Source: Squalus acanthias
Taxonomy: Eukaryota
Length of the DNA stretch: 64,000 bases
Direction: 5' to 3'
NCBI GenBank assembly: GCA_030390025.1
Contig: CM059432.1
Location: 115,880,001 to 115,944,000 of the forward strand
The notes beneath the pieces were generated by a model. It was not told the origin of the DNA, ran no database searches, and saw only the letters and a list, made by a program, of their open reading frames with translations. Positions 13,207 to 27,200 of the stretch are shown here, piece after piece. Numbering within the stretch: position 1 is the first letter of the stretch; the number at the start of each line of letters is the position of its first letter. Made by a program: the position numbers and the translations under genes.

Positions 13207-14988
13207 GGGGAATTTATAATGGGGAACAAAGAAATGGCAGACCAATTAAATACATACTTTGGTTCTGTCTTCACAAAGGAGGACACAAATAACCCCCCAG
13301 AGATGTCGGGGAACATAGGGTCTAATGAGAGGGAGGAACTGAAAGAAATCAGTATTTGTAGGAAATAGTGTTAGGGAAATTGACGGGATTGAAGGCCGAT
13401 AAATCCCCAGGGCCTGATAATCTACATCCTAGGGTACTTAAGGAAGTGGCCCTAGAAATAGTAGATGCATTGCTGGTCATCTTTCAAAATTCTATAGACT
13501 CTGGAACAGTACCCATGGATTGGAGGGTAGCTAATGTTATCCCACTATTCAAAAAGGGTGGTAGAGAGAAAACGGGGAATTATAGGGGGTAAGCCTGACA
13601 TCGGTAGTGGGGAAAATGCTGGAGTCCATTATAAAAGATGTAATAGCAGAGCACTTGGAAAACAGTGACAGAATTGGACAAAGTCAACATGGATTTACAA
13701 AAGGTAAATCGTGCTTGACTAATCTACTGGAATTTTTTGAGGATGTAACTGGTAAAATAGATATGGGAGAACCAGTGGATGTGGTGTATTTGGACTTTCA
13801 GAAGGGTTTCGAAAAGGTCCCGCATAAGAGATTAGCGTGTAAAGTTAAGGCACATGGGATTGGGGGCAAGGTATTGACTTGGATAGAGAACTGGTTGGCA
13901 GACAGAAGCAAAGAGTTGGAATAAATGGGTCTTTTTCCGAGTGGCAGGCAGTGACTAGTGGGGTACCGCAGGGATCGGTCCTAGGACCCCAACTATTCAC
14001 AATATATATTAATGATCTAGACGAGGGAATTAGATGTAATATCTCCAAGTTTGCAGACAACACAAAGCTGGGTGGGAGTGTGTGCCGTGAGGAGGATGCC
14101 GAGAAACTCCAGTATGATTTGGACAGGTTGGGTGATTGGGCAGAAGCATGGCAGATGCAGTATAATGTGGATAAATGCAAAGTTATCCACTTCGGTGGCA
14201 AAAACAGAAAGGCAGATTATTATCTGAATGGCAATAGATTGGGAGAAGGGGAAGTGCAACGAGACCTGGGTGTCCTTGTGCACCAGTCGCTGAAGGTAAG
14301 CATGCAGGTGCAGCAGGCGGTTAAGAAGGCAAATGGTATGTTGGCCTTTGTAGCGAAAGGGTTCGAGTACAGGAACAAGGATGTCTTGCTGCAGTTGTAC
14401 AGGGCCTTGGTGAGACCACATCTTGAGTATTGTGTGCAGTTTTGGTCGCCTTATCTGAGGAAGGATGTTCTTGGCATGGAGGGAGTGCAGCGAAGATTCA
14501 CCAGGCTGATACCTGGGATGGCAGGAATGACGTATGAGGAGAGATTGGGTCGATTGGGCTTATACTCGCTGGAGTTTAGAAGAATGAGAGGGGATCTCAT
14601 TGAAACTTATAAAATTCTAACAGGACTAGACAGACTAGATTCAGGAAGGATGTTCCCGATGGTCGGGGAGTCCAGAACCAGGGGTCACAGTCTAAGGATA
14701 AGGGGTAAGCCATTTAGGACTGAGATGAGGAGGAATTTCTTCACCCAAAGAGTGGTGAACCTGTGGAATTCTCTACCACAGAAGGCAGTAGAGGCCAATT
14801 CATTAAATATATTCAAGAAGGAGTTAGATATAATTCTTAAAGCTAAAGGGATCAAGGGATATGGAGAGAAGGCAGGGACAGGGTACTGAATTTGGATGAT
14901 CAGCCATGATCTCATTGAATGGCGGAGCAGGCTCGAGGGGCTGAATGGCCTACTCCTGCTCCTATCTTCTATGTTTCTATGTTTCTAT
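13207..14988 (+). mobile_element. 5'-truncated CR1 LINE, same family as 5002-6592, frameshifted
   Basis: RT split over ORFs at 13180/13368/13607/13879; (TTTCTATG)n tail. Confidence 0.95.
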
Positions 14989-15403
14989 GAAATGTCTGTT
15001 CTCTCCAAAAAAAGACTGACTCGATTGTTTAAATAACATTTATGACACTTTAAAGTGACTAATATATATGAAAGACTTTGAGATGTTTCTAAGATGTGAT
15101 AAGACAATATATAAATGGGAGTCTTTCTTTCTATTGAGCACAGATTAAAGTATTGCACAGCAAGTGCTGAGTCTAATGTACATACCCTATGACTCTTTGA
15201 TTTAAATAGAAATCCTGCATCAGGGTAAATGTATTGAAAGTACTGGGGGTATAAATTCCACTGCGTTCACTCCTGGCACATGCTGGGAATGCATATTGGG
15301 AAATTGCACCCTCTCAGTCTGTGATGTATCATCCATTAATTTGAATGCATAGGATATCACGGGCTGGGAACGTGTTACTTCCTGATATGTGCTGCCAGTG
15401 TGT

Positions 15404-15862
15404 GTCAGCTGTGGCTCAGTTGGTAGCACCCTCACCTCTGAGTCAGAAGGTTGTGGGTTCAACTCCAGGGACTTGAGCACAAAAATCTAGGCTGACACTC
15501 CAGTGCGGTACTGAGGGAGTGCTTCGCTGCTGGAAGTGCCGTCTTTTGGATGAGACGTTAAACTGAGGTCCCGTCTGCTCTCTCAGGTGGATGCAAAAGA
15601 TCCCATGGCACTATTTCGAAGAAGAGCAGGGGAGTTATCCCCAGTGTGCTGGGGCCAATATTTATCCCTCAATCAATATCACTGAAACAGATTATCTGGT
15701 CATTATCACATTGCTGTTTGTGAGAGCTTGCTGTGTGCAAAATGGCTGCCGCGTTTCCTATATTACAACAGTGACTAGATTTCAAAAAGTACTTCATTGG
15801 CTGCAAAGAGCTTTGGGACGTCCAATGGCCATGAAAGGCGCTACATATATGCAAGTCTTTTC
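15404..15862 (+). mobile_element. Deu-domain tRNA SINE
   Basis: GTCAGCTGTGGCTCAGTTGGTAGCAC head, GGGTTCAACTCC B-box, same body as 8455-8901. Confidence 0.8.
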
Positions 15863-16116
15863 TTTCAGGATTGGAGCAGTGAAATATTGCACCAAGGCGA
15901 GAAGTAAAGAAACATAGCTGCAGCGATTGCATCTCTGAGGTTGGTATTACACTTTCTTCAGCAAAATGGCCATCAACAAGATAAAACATCAAGTTAACAT
16001 TATCACAGAAACAGAAGGATTCTTTTAATCAATTTCTAAGCAATAAGCATGCTCTAGCCTTCATTTGAAACTGTTGCAAACAAATAAGACATTCTGGCAG
16101 TGAGAGTAATTCCTGT

Positions 16117-19100
16117 TCATTATTTTTTATTCAATCGCGGGATGTGGGCGTCGCTGGCAAGGCCAGCATTTATTGCCCATCCCGAATTGCCCTTGAGAAG
16201 GTGATGGTGAGCCGCCTTCTTGAACCACTGCAGTCCGTGTGGTGAAGGTACTCCCACAGTGCTGTTGGGGAGGGAGTTCCAGGATTTTGACCCAGCGACG
16301 ATGAAGGATCAGCGATATGCTTCCAAGTCAGGATGGTGTGTGACTTGGAGGGGAACTTGGAGGTGGTGGTGTTCCCATGCACCTGCTGCCCTTGTCCTTC
16401 TAGGTGGAAGAGGTTGTGGGTTTGGGAGGTGCTGCTGAAGAAGCCTTGGCGAGTTGCTGCAGTGCATCTTGTAGATGGTACACACTGCAGCCATGGTGCG
16501 CCGGTGGTGGAGGGAGTGAATGTTTAAGGTGGTGGATAGGGTGCCAATCAAGCGGGCTGCTTTGTCCTGGATGTTGTCGAGCTTTTTGAGTGTTGTTGGA
16601 GTTACACTCATTCAGGCAAGTGGCGAGTATTCCATCACACTCCTGACTTGTGCCTTGTAGATGGTGGAAAGGCTTTGGGGAGTCAGGAGGTGAGTCACTC
16701 CCTGCAGAGTACCCAGCCTCTGACCATCTCTTGTAGCCACAGCATTTGTGTGGCTGGTCCAGTTAAGTTTCTGGTCAATGGTGACCCCCCCCCCCAGGAT
16801 GTTGAGGGATTCGGCGATGGTAATGCCATTGAATGACACGGGGCGGTGGTTAGATTCTCGCTTGTTGGAGATAGTCATGGCCTGGCACTTGTGTAGCACG
16901 AATGTTACTTGTCACTTATCAGCCCAAGCCTGAATGTTGTCCAGGTCTTGCTGCATGCGGGCATGGACTGCTTCATTATCTGAGGAGTTGTGAATGGAAC
17001 TGAACACTGTGCAATCATCAGCGAACATCCCTACTTCTGACGGAGGAAAGGTCATTGATGAAGCAGCTGAAGCTGGTTGGGCCTAGGACACTGCCCTGAA
17101 GAACTCCTGCAGCGATGTCCATAGGCTGAGATGATATGACCTCCAATCATCACAACCATCTTCCTTTGTGCTAGGTATGACTCCAGCCAGTGGAGAGTTT
17201 TCCCTTCTATTCCCATTGACTTCAGTTTTACTAGGGCTTCTTGATACCACACTCGGTCAAATGCTGCCTTGATGTCAAGAGCAGTCACTCTCACCTCACC
17301 TCTGGAATTCAGCTCTTTTGTCCATGTTTGGACCAAGGCTGTAATAAGGTCTGGAGCCGAGTGGTCCTGGCGGAACCCATACTCAGCATCAGTGAGCAGG
17401 TTATTGATTGAGAGCACTGTCATCAATACCTTCCATCACTTTGCTGATGATTGAGATTAGACTGATGGGGCAGTAATTGGCCGGATTGGATTTGTCCTGC
17501 CTTGTAGCTGCACTGGAACAGCTTGTCTAGGGGCACGGCTAGTTCTGGGGCACGAGTCTTCAGCACTAGAACCGGGATGTTGTCAGGGTCCATAGCCTCT
17601 GCTGTATCCAGTGCGCTCAGCCGTTTCTTGATATCACATGGGAGTGAATCAAATTGGCTGAAGACTGGCTTCTGTGATGGTGGGGACCTCAGGAAGAGGC
17701 CGAGATGGATTATCCACTTGGCACTTCTGGCGGTTGCAAACGCTTCAGCCTTGTCTTTTACACCCATGTGCTGGGCTCCATCATCATTGAGGATGGGATG
17801 TTCATGGAGCCTCCTCCTCCCTTTAGTTGTTTAATTGTCCACCACCATTTACGACAGGATGTGGCAGGACTTTGATCTGATCAGTTAGTTGTGGGCTCTG
17901 TCTTCTGCTGTTTAGCATGCATGTCATCCTGTGTTGCAGCTTCCCCAGGTTGGTACCACATTTTTAGGTATGCCTGGTGCTGCTCCTGTACACTCCTTAT
18001 TGAACCAGGGTTGTTTCTCTGGCTTGATGGTAATGGTAGAGTGAGGGACATGCCAGACCATGAGGTTACAGATTGTGGTGGAATACAATTCTGCTGCTGA
18101 TGGCCCACTGCACCTCATGGATGCCCAGTTTTGAGCTAGATCTGTTCTGAATCTATCCCATTGAGCACGGTGGTAGTGGCACACAACACAATGGAGGGTG
18201 TCCTCAATGTGAAGTCAGGACTTCGTCTCCACAAGGAATGTGCGGTGGTCACTCCTACCTACCAATACTGTCATGGACAGATGCATCTGCGATAGGTAGA
18301 TTGGTGAGGACAAGGTCAAGTAGGTTTTTCCCTCCTGTTGGTTCTCTCACCACCTGCCACAGCCTCAATCTGGCAGCTACATCAGTAGGGAGCAACTGTG
18401 CCACTCTTGGTGATGGACATTGAAGACCCCAACCACATTCTGTTTCCTTGCTACCCTCAATGCTTCTTCCAAGTGCTGTTCAACATGGAGGAGTACTGAG
18501 TCATCAGCTGAGGGAGGGCGGTAGGTGATACTCAGCAGGAGGTTTCCTTGCCCATGTTTGACCTGAAGCCATGAGACTTCACGGGTCCAGAGTCAATATT
18601 GAGGACTCCCAGGGCCACTCCTTCCCGACTGTATACCACTGTGCCGCCACCTCAGGACATACCCAGGGATGGTGATGGAGGAGTCTGGGACGTTGGCTGA
18701 AAGGTATGATTCTATGAATATGCCTATGTCAGGCTGTTGCTTGACTAGTCTGTGGGACAGCTCTCCCAATATTAGCACAAGTCTCCAGATGTTGGTGAGG
18801 AGGACTTTGCAGGGTCGACCGGGCTGGGTGTGCCTTTGTCGTGTCCGAATCCAGTGCCGAGGTCGATGCCGGGTGGACCAGTGTTATTCTTATTATAGTT
18901 TTTCGTAGTGGTTTTGATACAACTGAGTGGCAGTTAGGAGTCACATTTCGGCCAGATCAGGTAAAGATGGCAGATTTCCTTCCCTAAAGGACATTAGTGA
19001 ACCAGATGGGTTTTTACAACAATCCAGTAGTTTCATGGTCACCATTACTGATATTAGCTTTTTATTCCAGATTTATTTAATTAACTGATTAGTGGCCGTG

Positions 19101-19187
19101 CTGGGATTTGACCTTATATCTCCAGATCATTAGCCTAGGCTTCTGGTTTGCTAGTCCAGTAACATAAGCACTATGCTATCGTACTCC
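16117..19187 (-). mobile_element. Decayed CR1-group LINE (EN+RT, no ORF1) with a tRNA/SINE-like 5' module
   Basis: EN start LGELSHRLVKQQPDI..ESYL near 18800; RT EYGFRQDHSAPD, ALDIKAAFDRVW, TIYKAQVRSVMEY; A-rich tail; A/B-box-like head at 19090-19187. Confidence 0.8.
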
Positions 19188-20159
19188 TTGAGCACAGATA
19201 CTTGCCGTTAAACAACATGAAACTGAGTGGGTGTCAGTGGAATATGGTTATGAATCATTAGCACCTTTGCATGTATTGCAGAATAAATCATTTACTTATA
19301 ATAATTTGTAATGTGCACAATTTCAATTATTGGCAAGGAGGTGTGAAAATGCTGGCGCCAGGTTTATACATAATTCATAGTGATATTTTTTGAACTCCTC
19401 TGACTTTGGAGACAGTGCAGGACTACATTAATGATAGACTCTAATAAATCATGCTACAGGACGAGAGCTCGGCTGCCAGATTGATAGAAGTACATGGAAG
19501 AGGACCTGTGAAGTGCAGTGAATTGCGACACAAGCCCTGAAATTCTGCAGGGTTTTGGGGCTACTCGTTTTTCATTTCTGGGATATTGGTTTGAACCCAG
19601 CTTGGGCTGAAAGGAGGCTGCATATAGTGGCACCAATATTCCTGGCCAGAACAGAGGTGATTGGGGAATTCCCCCATCAATCGTGGCTGGAAGCCACACT
19701 GCTGTGAGTGACTGGATTGATTTTACGCACAGAATGTATATTGTGTAACTATCCTCCACTCACTGCATCTTGCTGGAGAAATCACCCTGCTTTTATCGGG
19801 AGAAGTTGCTGCAGTTTCGGTCCTGAGTTCTGTTTGCTGCAGTTCACAGAGACTCCTTTTAAATAGACTCTGTAAATAGACATTGTTTGATTTGCTGTTT
19901 GCTGAGTAAATTAACTTTGTTTGGTGTAAAATACATTGTTTGCTCTAAGTCCTGCCGTAGGTCCCGCCCCGCCTCCAAGTCATTGGCTGTGCCGTGGTGT
20001 CACTAGACACTTTACTGAGAGGACAGACGTCTTCTCTCTGCTGCTTGGAGGGATCCTGGTCGAAATAAGCTCGGGCACCCTGAACCCAGCTTCTAGTGGC
20101 AAGAGTCCACAGCACAAAACTACAAACTGACTCACTATTAACAATCTTACTCAGAGGCT

Positions 20160-20445
20160 AACACAGGATATACGGCACAGAAACAGGCCATTCGGCCCAA
20201 CCAGTCCTTGCCGGTGTTTATGCTCCACTCGAGCCTCTTCCCATCGTTCTTCATCTAACTCGATCAGCAGAACCCTCTATTCCCTTCTCCCTCATAGGCT
20301 TGTCTAGCCTCCCCTTAAATGCATTTATACTATTCACCTCAACCACTCCCTGTGGTAGCGAGCTCCACATTCTCATCACTCTCTGGGTAAAGAAGTTCCT
20401 TCTGAATTCCCTCTTTGATTTCTTGATTCCCTATTGGATTTCTTG
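20160..20445 (-). mobile_element. CR1 3' end fragment
   Basis: GGCCATTCGGCCC tail motif and the FTQRV coding remnant. Confidence 0.75.
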
Positions 20446-22010
20446 AGGCTGCAAGGATGTGTGTTCTGTAACGTGGTACAGTAGAGGGTGCTCTTTAGAA
20501 ATTGGAGCTACAGGACTGAGTATAGGGAGCTTCACTCTGCATCTGGTTTGTGCTTGACCTGACCTGAGAGCAATGGAAACTGACACTGGCTGTCATTAGT
20601 GGGAAAATGTGTAATTCTCCAGCACTGATTCTTCCATTGCTATAAGCACAAATATTCACTAAGAATTGTATGTAAATTTATATATAAATTAACACAATAT
20701 AGATACACGGATTCCATTTTCTTTTACTAATACTTGTAATAATTTATTGCTAAAAAGCCTTTGTCTGTCTGTTACTGTGTGGCCAGAAGTTTGTGTGTTG
20801 CAATTCCGGCAGTTACGATTCCAGCAGCTACATTGGGATCATGTCCGCCCGTGCACTGCAGCACCGACTCCACCAGTGTTTTCAGGGCTCCTCATTTTGA
20901 TGAGGCTGGCGGGTGCCCACACTACTATGTGCGATTCTGCCCCACACTGCTGGAAACTCTGGTGCACACCTAGCATCTGGAGGGAGTACCTAGGCTCTCC
21001 CCAGTGCCCACTTTTGTGTGGGGCAGATCCTAAAATTTTCCCCATCTTTTGGAGTCTCCCTATCCAGGACCATTCTCAGTGGGGCCAGTTCTATCTTTCT
21101 GGAGGGGAGGTACATGGTGTACCAGCCTCCAGCCTCACACGGGGCACTAACCTAGATTCTCCCCCAGTGGGACCCACCTCTACCCTTATGGTACACCTCA
21201 TCTAACTTGGCATACTGGTCTCCAGTCTAATGCGAGGACCATTCTGGGCCTAACAAGTTGGAACTCGCAGCATAGGGAGTCTATTATGGCCTGGCTCTAC
21301 CCCACTTGACATCACTGCCCTTCCAAGTGGTGTTGTCCAAGCCATTGTTCAGGACGTTGATGGAATGACTGAGAAAATTTGGTCCCTGTGTCTGTAACTG
21401 ATACTGAAGACAGCAACAGTGGCCTTGATATTAATCCCCTATGACGGGTGGGAGAGAGTCGGGTTGAGGGGGGGTTAAAAAATGAAATGCGCAGTACGTG
21501 ACCCCAACCCGCCATGAACGTGCTCGCTGCCTTTTTTATGACGGTGATTATCGGGGCGTCCGAGTGTCCCGCCATAGAGAGGTGTGACACTTAATTAACA
21601 CATTTAAATCAGGCTCCCACAGTGCATTTGGGAGCCTGACTTGAAATTTCCCAGGGGCCGGGAAACTCGGCAGTGAATTCAAGGCAGGAGCAGCTGCCTC
21701 CACAGGGTAAGTGCCTCTTTCAGCACTTGTGCCCTTGTGGGCCAGGAGGAGCAGAAGTGCTCCTTCCCCCCCAGGCCCCTCAAGGAAGCTTTCAGCCTCC
21801 CCAGTTCCTATCTCCCCCCACCCCACCCCCTAGCCTGAGTTAAAATAAGAACGGGAAACCAGAGCAGTTTAAAAGGAGACCAGCAGCAGCCCAGGCCAGC
21901 AGCTGAACAATCCCAGAGAAAAATCACAAAGTAACATCATAGTCAGCACAATGAGGAGCGGTGGATCCTGAGGAAATTAAGCTAAGTATTTAATCTACAA
22001 CACACACACT

Positions 22011-22765
22011 GGCCCGTAATTTCCGATAGGAGGCTTCCTGCGTGCGGAGGCCTCCTATCCGAAAAAAATCTACGAACTTACCTGAGGGCTCCCGAGGTGT
22101 GTACACTTCCGCTGCTGGGCCTCTCCACAGTCGAAATGCGCAGGGCCCACTTATCCCAGAGGCGCATGCAGTTCACAAGCGGATCATGTGGGCCAGGCCA
22201 GCCAATAGGAGAAGGGAATCTCCCTTCATACTTTTGACAGATAGGCCTGTCAAATATATGAATGGAGATCACACCAAAAAGACACTAAAACATTAAATAA
22301 ATTTAAAAAAACATCACGTTTTTAAAATGAGTTAAAATTACATTAAATTAAATATTTTAAACAAAAATTTAATTTTTTGAAAAAATAATTAAAGTTTATT
22401 ACGGGGCTAAAAATAAACTTACCTTTTTAAAAAGTATTTTAAAATTATAAATGAGTGAACATTTTGTTATTTTTAAAAACTTTTTTTCAACTCTTATGCT
22501 GGAAAAGTAGGCCTTACGCCTGCTTTTACCAGGCGTAAGATTTCTAAGGGTTTTCAGCAGGCGGAGGTTCTGCAGAAAGCGGAAATCTCCCCCCGCAGAG
22601 GCCCTTCTCTAGGGCAGGCGTCCGATCTGTCAAGAGCTTACTTGACAGATCGGAAATACCGGTTTTCAGCGCATGTGCTTCGCATGCCTGGAACAGGCAT
22701 TTCCGATGTCCCTACGGGCGTGTACACAGCTCGTACACACCCGTAGGCATCGGAAAATACGGGCT
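22011..22765. mobile_element. MITE (family of 10003-10767)
   Basis: TIR GGCCCGTAATTTCCGAT / ATCGGAAAATACGGGCT; ACT TSD. Confidence 0.85.
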
Positions 22766-22985
22766 ACTATTTTTAACTAAACTATAAGTAAATTGTTAAA
22801 TAAATAAATATTCAGAATAATTAATAACTAATTTAAAATCAAGCTAAAATCCATCTACTAAATAAAATCGAGACCTCAAGATCTATAATTAAATTACTAC
22901 TAAGAAATTACTACTGACTAAATTAATAAATAAAAACTGGACATAGCAGTGCAGGCTATGTGTCAGGGCTGTAATATGTGGGAGT

Positions 22986-23553
22986 ATACAAAACCCTGGT
23001 TAGACCACATCTGGAGTACTGTGAGCAGTTCTGGGCACCACATCTTAGGAAGGATATATAGGCCTTGGAGGGAGTGCAGTGCAGATGTACCAGAATGATA
23101 CCAGGGGTTAAATTACGAGGAGAGATTACACAAACTAGGGTTGTATTCCCTAGAATTTAGAAGGTTAAGGGGTGATCTGATCGAAGTTTTCAAGATATTA
23201 AGGGGAACTGATAGGGTAGATAGAGAGAAACTATTTCCGCTGGTTGGGGAGTCTGGGACTAGGGGACATAGTCTAAAAATTAGAGCCAGACCTTTCAGGA
23301 GTGAAATTAAGAAACACTTCTACACACAAAGGGTGGTAGAAGTTTAGAACTCTCTTCCGCAAATGGCAATTGATTCTAGGTCAATTGTTAACTTTAAATC
23401 TGAGATTGTTAGATTTTTGTTAACCAAAGGTATTAAGGAATATGGGACAAAGACGGGTATAGGGAGTTAGGTGACAGATCAGCCATGTTCTCATTGAATG
23501 ACGGAACAGGCTCGAGGGGTTAAATGGCCTACTCCTGTTCCTATGTCCCTATG
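22986..23553 (+). mobile_element. CR1 3' fragment inserted in ORF1 of the host CR1
   Basis: RRLRGDLIEVFKIL...HFYTQRVVEV; CCTATGT tail. Confidence 0.85.
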
Positions 23554-23758
23554 TTGTTGATAGTGAGACTGTCCGGCTTGCCATATATGCAGGAAATGTC
23601 TCTGCATTGAAACACTCCAGCTCAGAGTCCCTTGGGTTGGAGTGCGAGTTAGAGACACTCTGACAGATTAGGGAGGGGGAGGAATATCTGTACTTTCAAC
23701 CTGTGAGGATAAGAAGAAAAACTGCGGGGAGGATTGCCAGAATGCTAACCATGGCACC

Positions 23759-24273
23759 GTGGAGCAGGAGGCAGTCCAAGTGTGGAAGGAGCAGAATAGA
23801 AAGGTTGTTGTCATAGGGGATTCAATTATTAGAGGTATAGATAGCGTCCTCTGCAGTCACAACCGAGAGTCCAGAAGGGTGTACTGCCTACCTGGTACAA
23901 AGGTAAAGGATCTCTCGGAGCAACTGGAAAGGAACTTGGAAAGGGAGGGGAAAGATCCAGTGGTCATGGTCCATGTTGGGACCGATGACATAGGAAAGGA
24001 AAAGGAGGAGGTTCTGCTAAGGGAATATCAGAAGTTAGGAACTAAATTAAAAAAACAGGACCTCACGGGTGGTAATCTCAGGATTACTACCCAACCCACG
24101 TGCTAATTGGCATAGGGATCAGGAAGGTGAATACATGGCTGAAAGAGTGCTGTGGGAAGGAGGTGTTCCACTTCATGGGACACTGGCAGGAAGGAGCTGG
24201 AATGGGCTTCACCTGAACCGGAATGGTCCGAGCGTAAAGGATAGATAGGTCTGTTGATAGGACTTTAAACTAG
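23759..24273 (+). pseudogene. CR1 ORF1 SGNH esterase-like domain (decayed)
   Basis: VVIGDSIIRG...CLPG...VMVHVGTDDIG...GLHLN; ends RTLN* at 24271-24273. Confidence 0.85.
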
Positions 24274-27200
24274 TAAGACAGTGGGAGGGATCTGGTGAAA
24301 ATAACTTAAGTCTGAAGATAAAAGAAATAGGAGATGAGAGTAAAGGTCAGACCAAGGTAAGGAATAAGGGCAACATAAACGGTCAGGGAACAGATACACT
24401 TATAGAACATAAGTATAAAATGACTGTTAAAAATAAAGTGAGGGGAACAAATTAAATTGCTTGTTCAGTAATGTGCACAGCAGCCGAAAGAAAACGGGGA
24501 ACTGGAGGCAATAATTCGCAGCAAGGAGCAGGATGTAGTAGGGATAACTGAAACATGGCTACATAAAGAACAGGACAGAAGGAAGACATTGTGGGGTGGG
24601 GGCGGTGAGTGGGGAAAGCTTTACTAATTACAGATAACATAATAGCATTAGAAAAAAATGGCATAACTAATATTAAGATAGAAACAGAATCCATATGGAT
24701 TGAGCAAAGGATAAGAAGGGATTGATCATGTTAATAGGGGTATTCTACAGACCACCTAATAATGGAAGGGAAGTGGAGGAAGAAATATGTAGGTAAATCT
24801 ATGAAATGAGTAAAAAACATCAAATAATTATCATGGGAGATTTCAACTACCCTTAAATAAATGTCAAGAAGAGGTAGGGAAAGGAGAAAAGGGAATAGAG
24901 CTTTTACAGTGTGTTCAGGACTCCTTTCTTACCCAATATGTAAGAAATCCAACAAGAGAGGAATCACTGCTGGATCTGGTAATGGGAAATGAGCCAGAGC
25001 AGATAAGAGAAGTAAGCATAGGGGAACATCTCAGCAATAGTGATCATAATATAATAAGGTTTAAAAATAATGAGTGAAAAGGACATAAGTAAGAAAAGCA
25101 ATAGACTGGAAACAAACTAATTTTTGAGGGCATGAGAATGGAACTAGGGAAGATAAACTGGAAAAAAATTGACAAAGAGATGGAATAGCAGTGGGAATTA
25201 CTTAAAATAGGTGATCAATAGAGTTCAGGAGAAATATATTCCACTAAAAAACAAGAACAAACTAACCAATAATGAAACACCATCGATAAATAAAGAGATA
25301 AGGTTACAATTGAAACTAAAGAAAAAGGCATACTCTAAGTGGATAGACAATAAAGGAGAGGATGACAAAAGGGAATATAAAGAGGTTAGGAAAGAAGTCA
25401 AAAATCAATTAGGAAAGCAAAGTGGTACTATGAAATTAAATTATCAAGGAATATAAAAAGAAATAGTAAAGTATTCTACAGGCACATAAATAACAAAAGA
25501 AAAATCAGAATAGGGATTGGAACACTAAGGGATGCACAAGATAAACTCACAGGTAATGACAGAAAAATTGCAGAAATATTGAATAGTTACTTTGCTTCAG
25601 TATTTACCAGGGAGACTAACAGGGGGCATGACATCAGAAGAAGAGATCACAAAAGGTATAAAGACATTTAAGGTAGAAATGGGGGAGAGAATTGATAAAC
25701 TAATCAAACTGAGAGAGGATAAAACCCCTTCTTTGGATCGATTTCATCCACGCATATTAAAAGAAGATAGGGAAGAGATAGCAGAAGCACTATTACAAAT
25801 ATAAAACAATCCATTAGAAAAAGGAATAGTGCCAGAGGACTGACGGATAGCTAATGTTATTCCTATATTTAAAAAGGGAGATAGAACAAGTCCAGAGAAC
25901 TATAGACCAGTTAGCTTAACATCTAGAAACTGAAAATATAATAAAGAGTAGTCAGCACGGATTTCAAAAGAGGTCACGCTTGACCAACCTTATTGAATTC
26001 TTTGAAGAAATAACAGAAAGAGTAGACAAGAGTAGGGTAGTAGATGTAATATATTTGGATTTTCAATTTGCCTTCGATAAGGTACCACATAGTAGGTTCA
26101 TGACTAAGGTCGAAAGGTGTGAAGTGGTGTCCCACAGGGATCGGTGCTGGGACCACTGTTGTTCAACATTTACATTAACGATTTGGACTCGGAAATCGGA
26201 AGTACAATTTCTAAATTTGCGGATGACACCAAATTGGTGGTGGGGGGGAGGGGAGGTGCAGTTAATACAAAGGAAGATTGTGACAAAATACAAGAAGACA
26301 TTAATAAACTTGCAGAATGGATGTTTAATTGGTAAATTAATTACAATATAGATAATTATGAAGTGGTGCATTTTGATAGGAAGAATATACACATACCCCT
26401 TGTATAATAAGGGCTTGATTTTAACAGCCCTGAGGAGGTGGGTTTGGAGGTGTGTCAGGTGCTAAAATCAGAAAAAATGTCTTCAGACACCCAACCCGCC
26501 TCCATTCCGCCCCCATGTGATTTTCGTGAGTGTCTGTTCAGCTGCTCCCAAACTGACCCCACTCCAACCGGTGGGACAGGTAGTTAAGGCAGTTAAGAGC
26601 CTGTTAACTACCTTGATAATCCTATTTTGATACTGGTTTCCCATTTTCGTGCCTCTGGCTCCTGTTTCCCGTCTTGTCAGAAACAGTCCTGCTGCAAGGA
26701 GACGAGTTGGTGGAGGACATGATCGTGTAGTCATTATTGGTGCAGCACTTTAAAAGCGCTCCTGTAACATGGCTGGCATTCAAATGCAACAACTTTGTTG
26801 TTGGCGGTTTGGGATAAGATTTTGCAATTCTACTGACCTTGTCACTGGTCAAGCTGACACTCATCTGCTGTTTGAACTGATTGGGAATAATTTCAGGCCA
26901 CTTTGAGTGTGTGCTGGCAAGCTTCTTGCCTCAACTGAAATCTATAACAACGGGATGGGAACCATTTACATCCTCACATCCTGGTCGTCAGATTCAGAGG
27001 AAGAGCAGCGTGGCTTAGTGCTGCCGGATGAACAAGTGGCTCAGCACACAGACTCCTTGGAGGAAGATGAAGAGGACGAGCAAGAGGACGAGGAAGAGGA
27101 TGAGGAAGAAGACGAGGAGGAGGACGAGGAGGAGGATGAGTAGGAGGACGGGGAGTGACGCCTTGCAGGGCTGGATGTGGCCAATCCAGCAGCAGGTGAT

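Noticed and set aside
5002..14988. Large inverted repeat suggesting a composite element
   Set aside because: Two independent CR1 copies of one family with different 5' truncations
26907..27143. Acidic poly-E/D ORF as a host gene
   Set aside because: It is the C-terminal tail remnant of a deleted transposase
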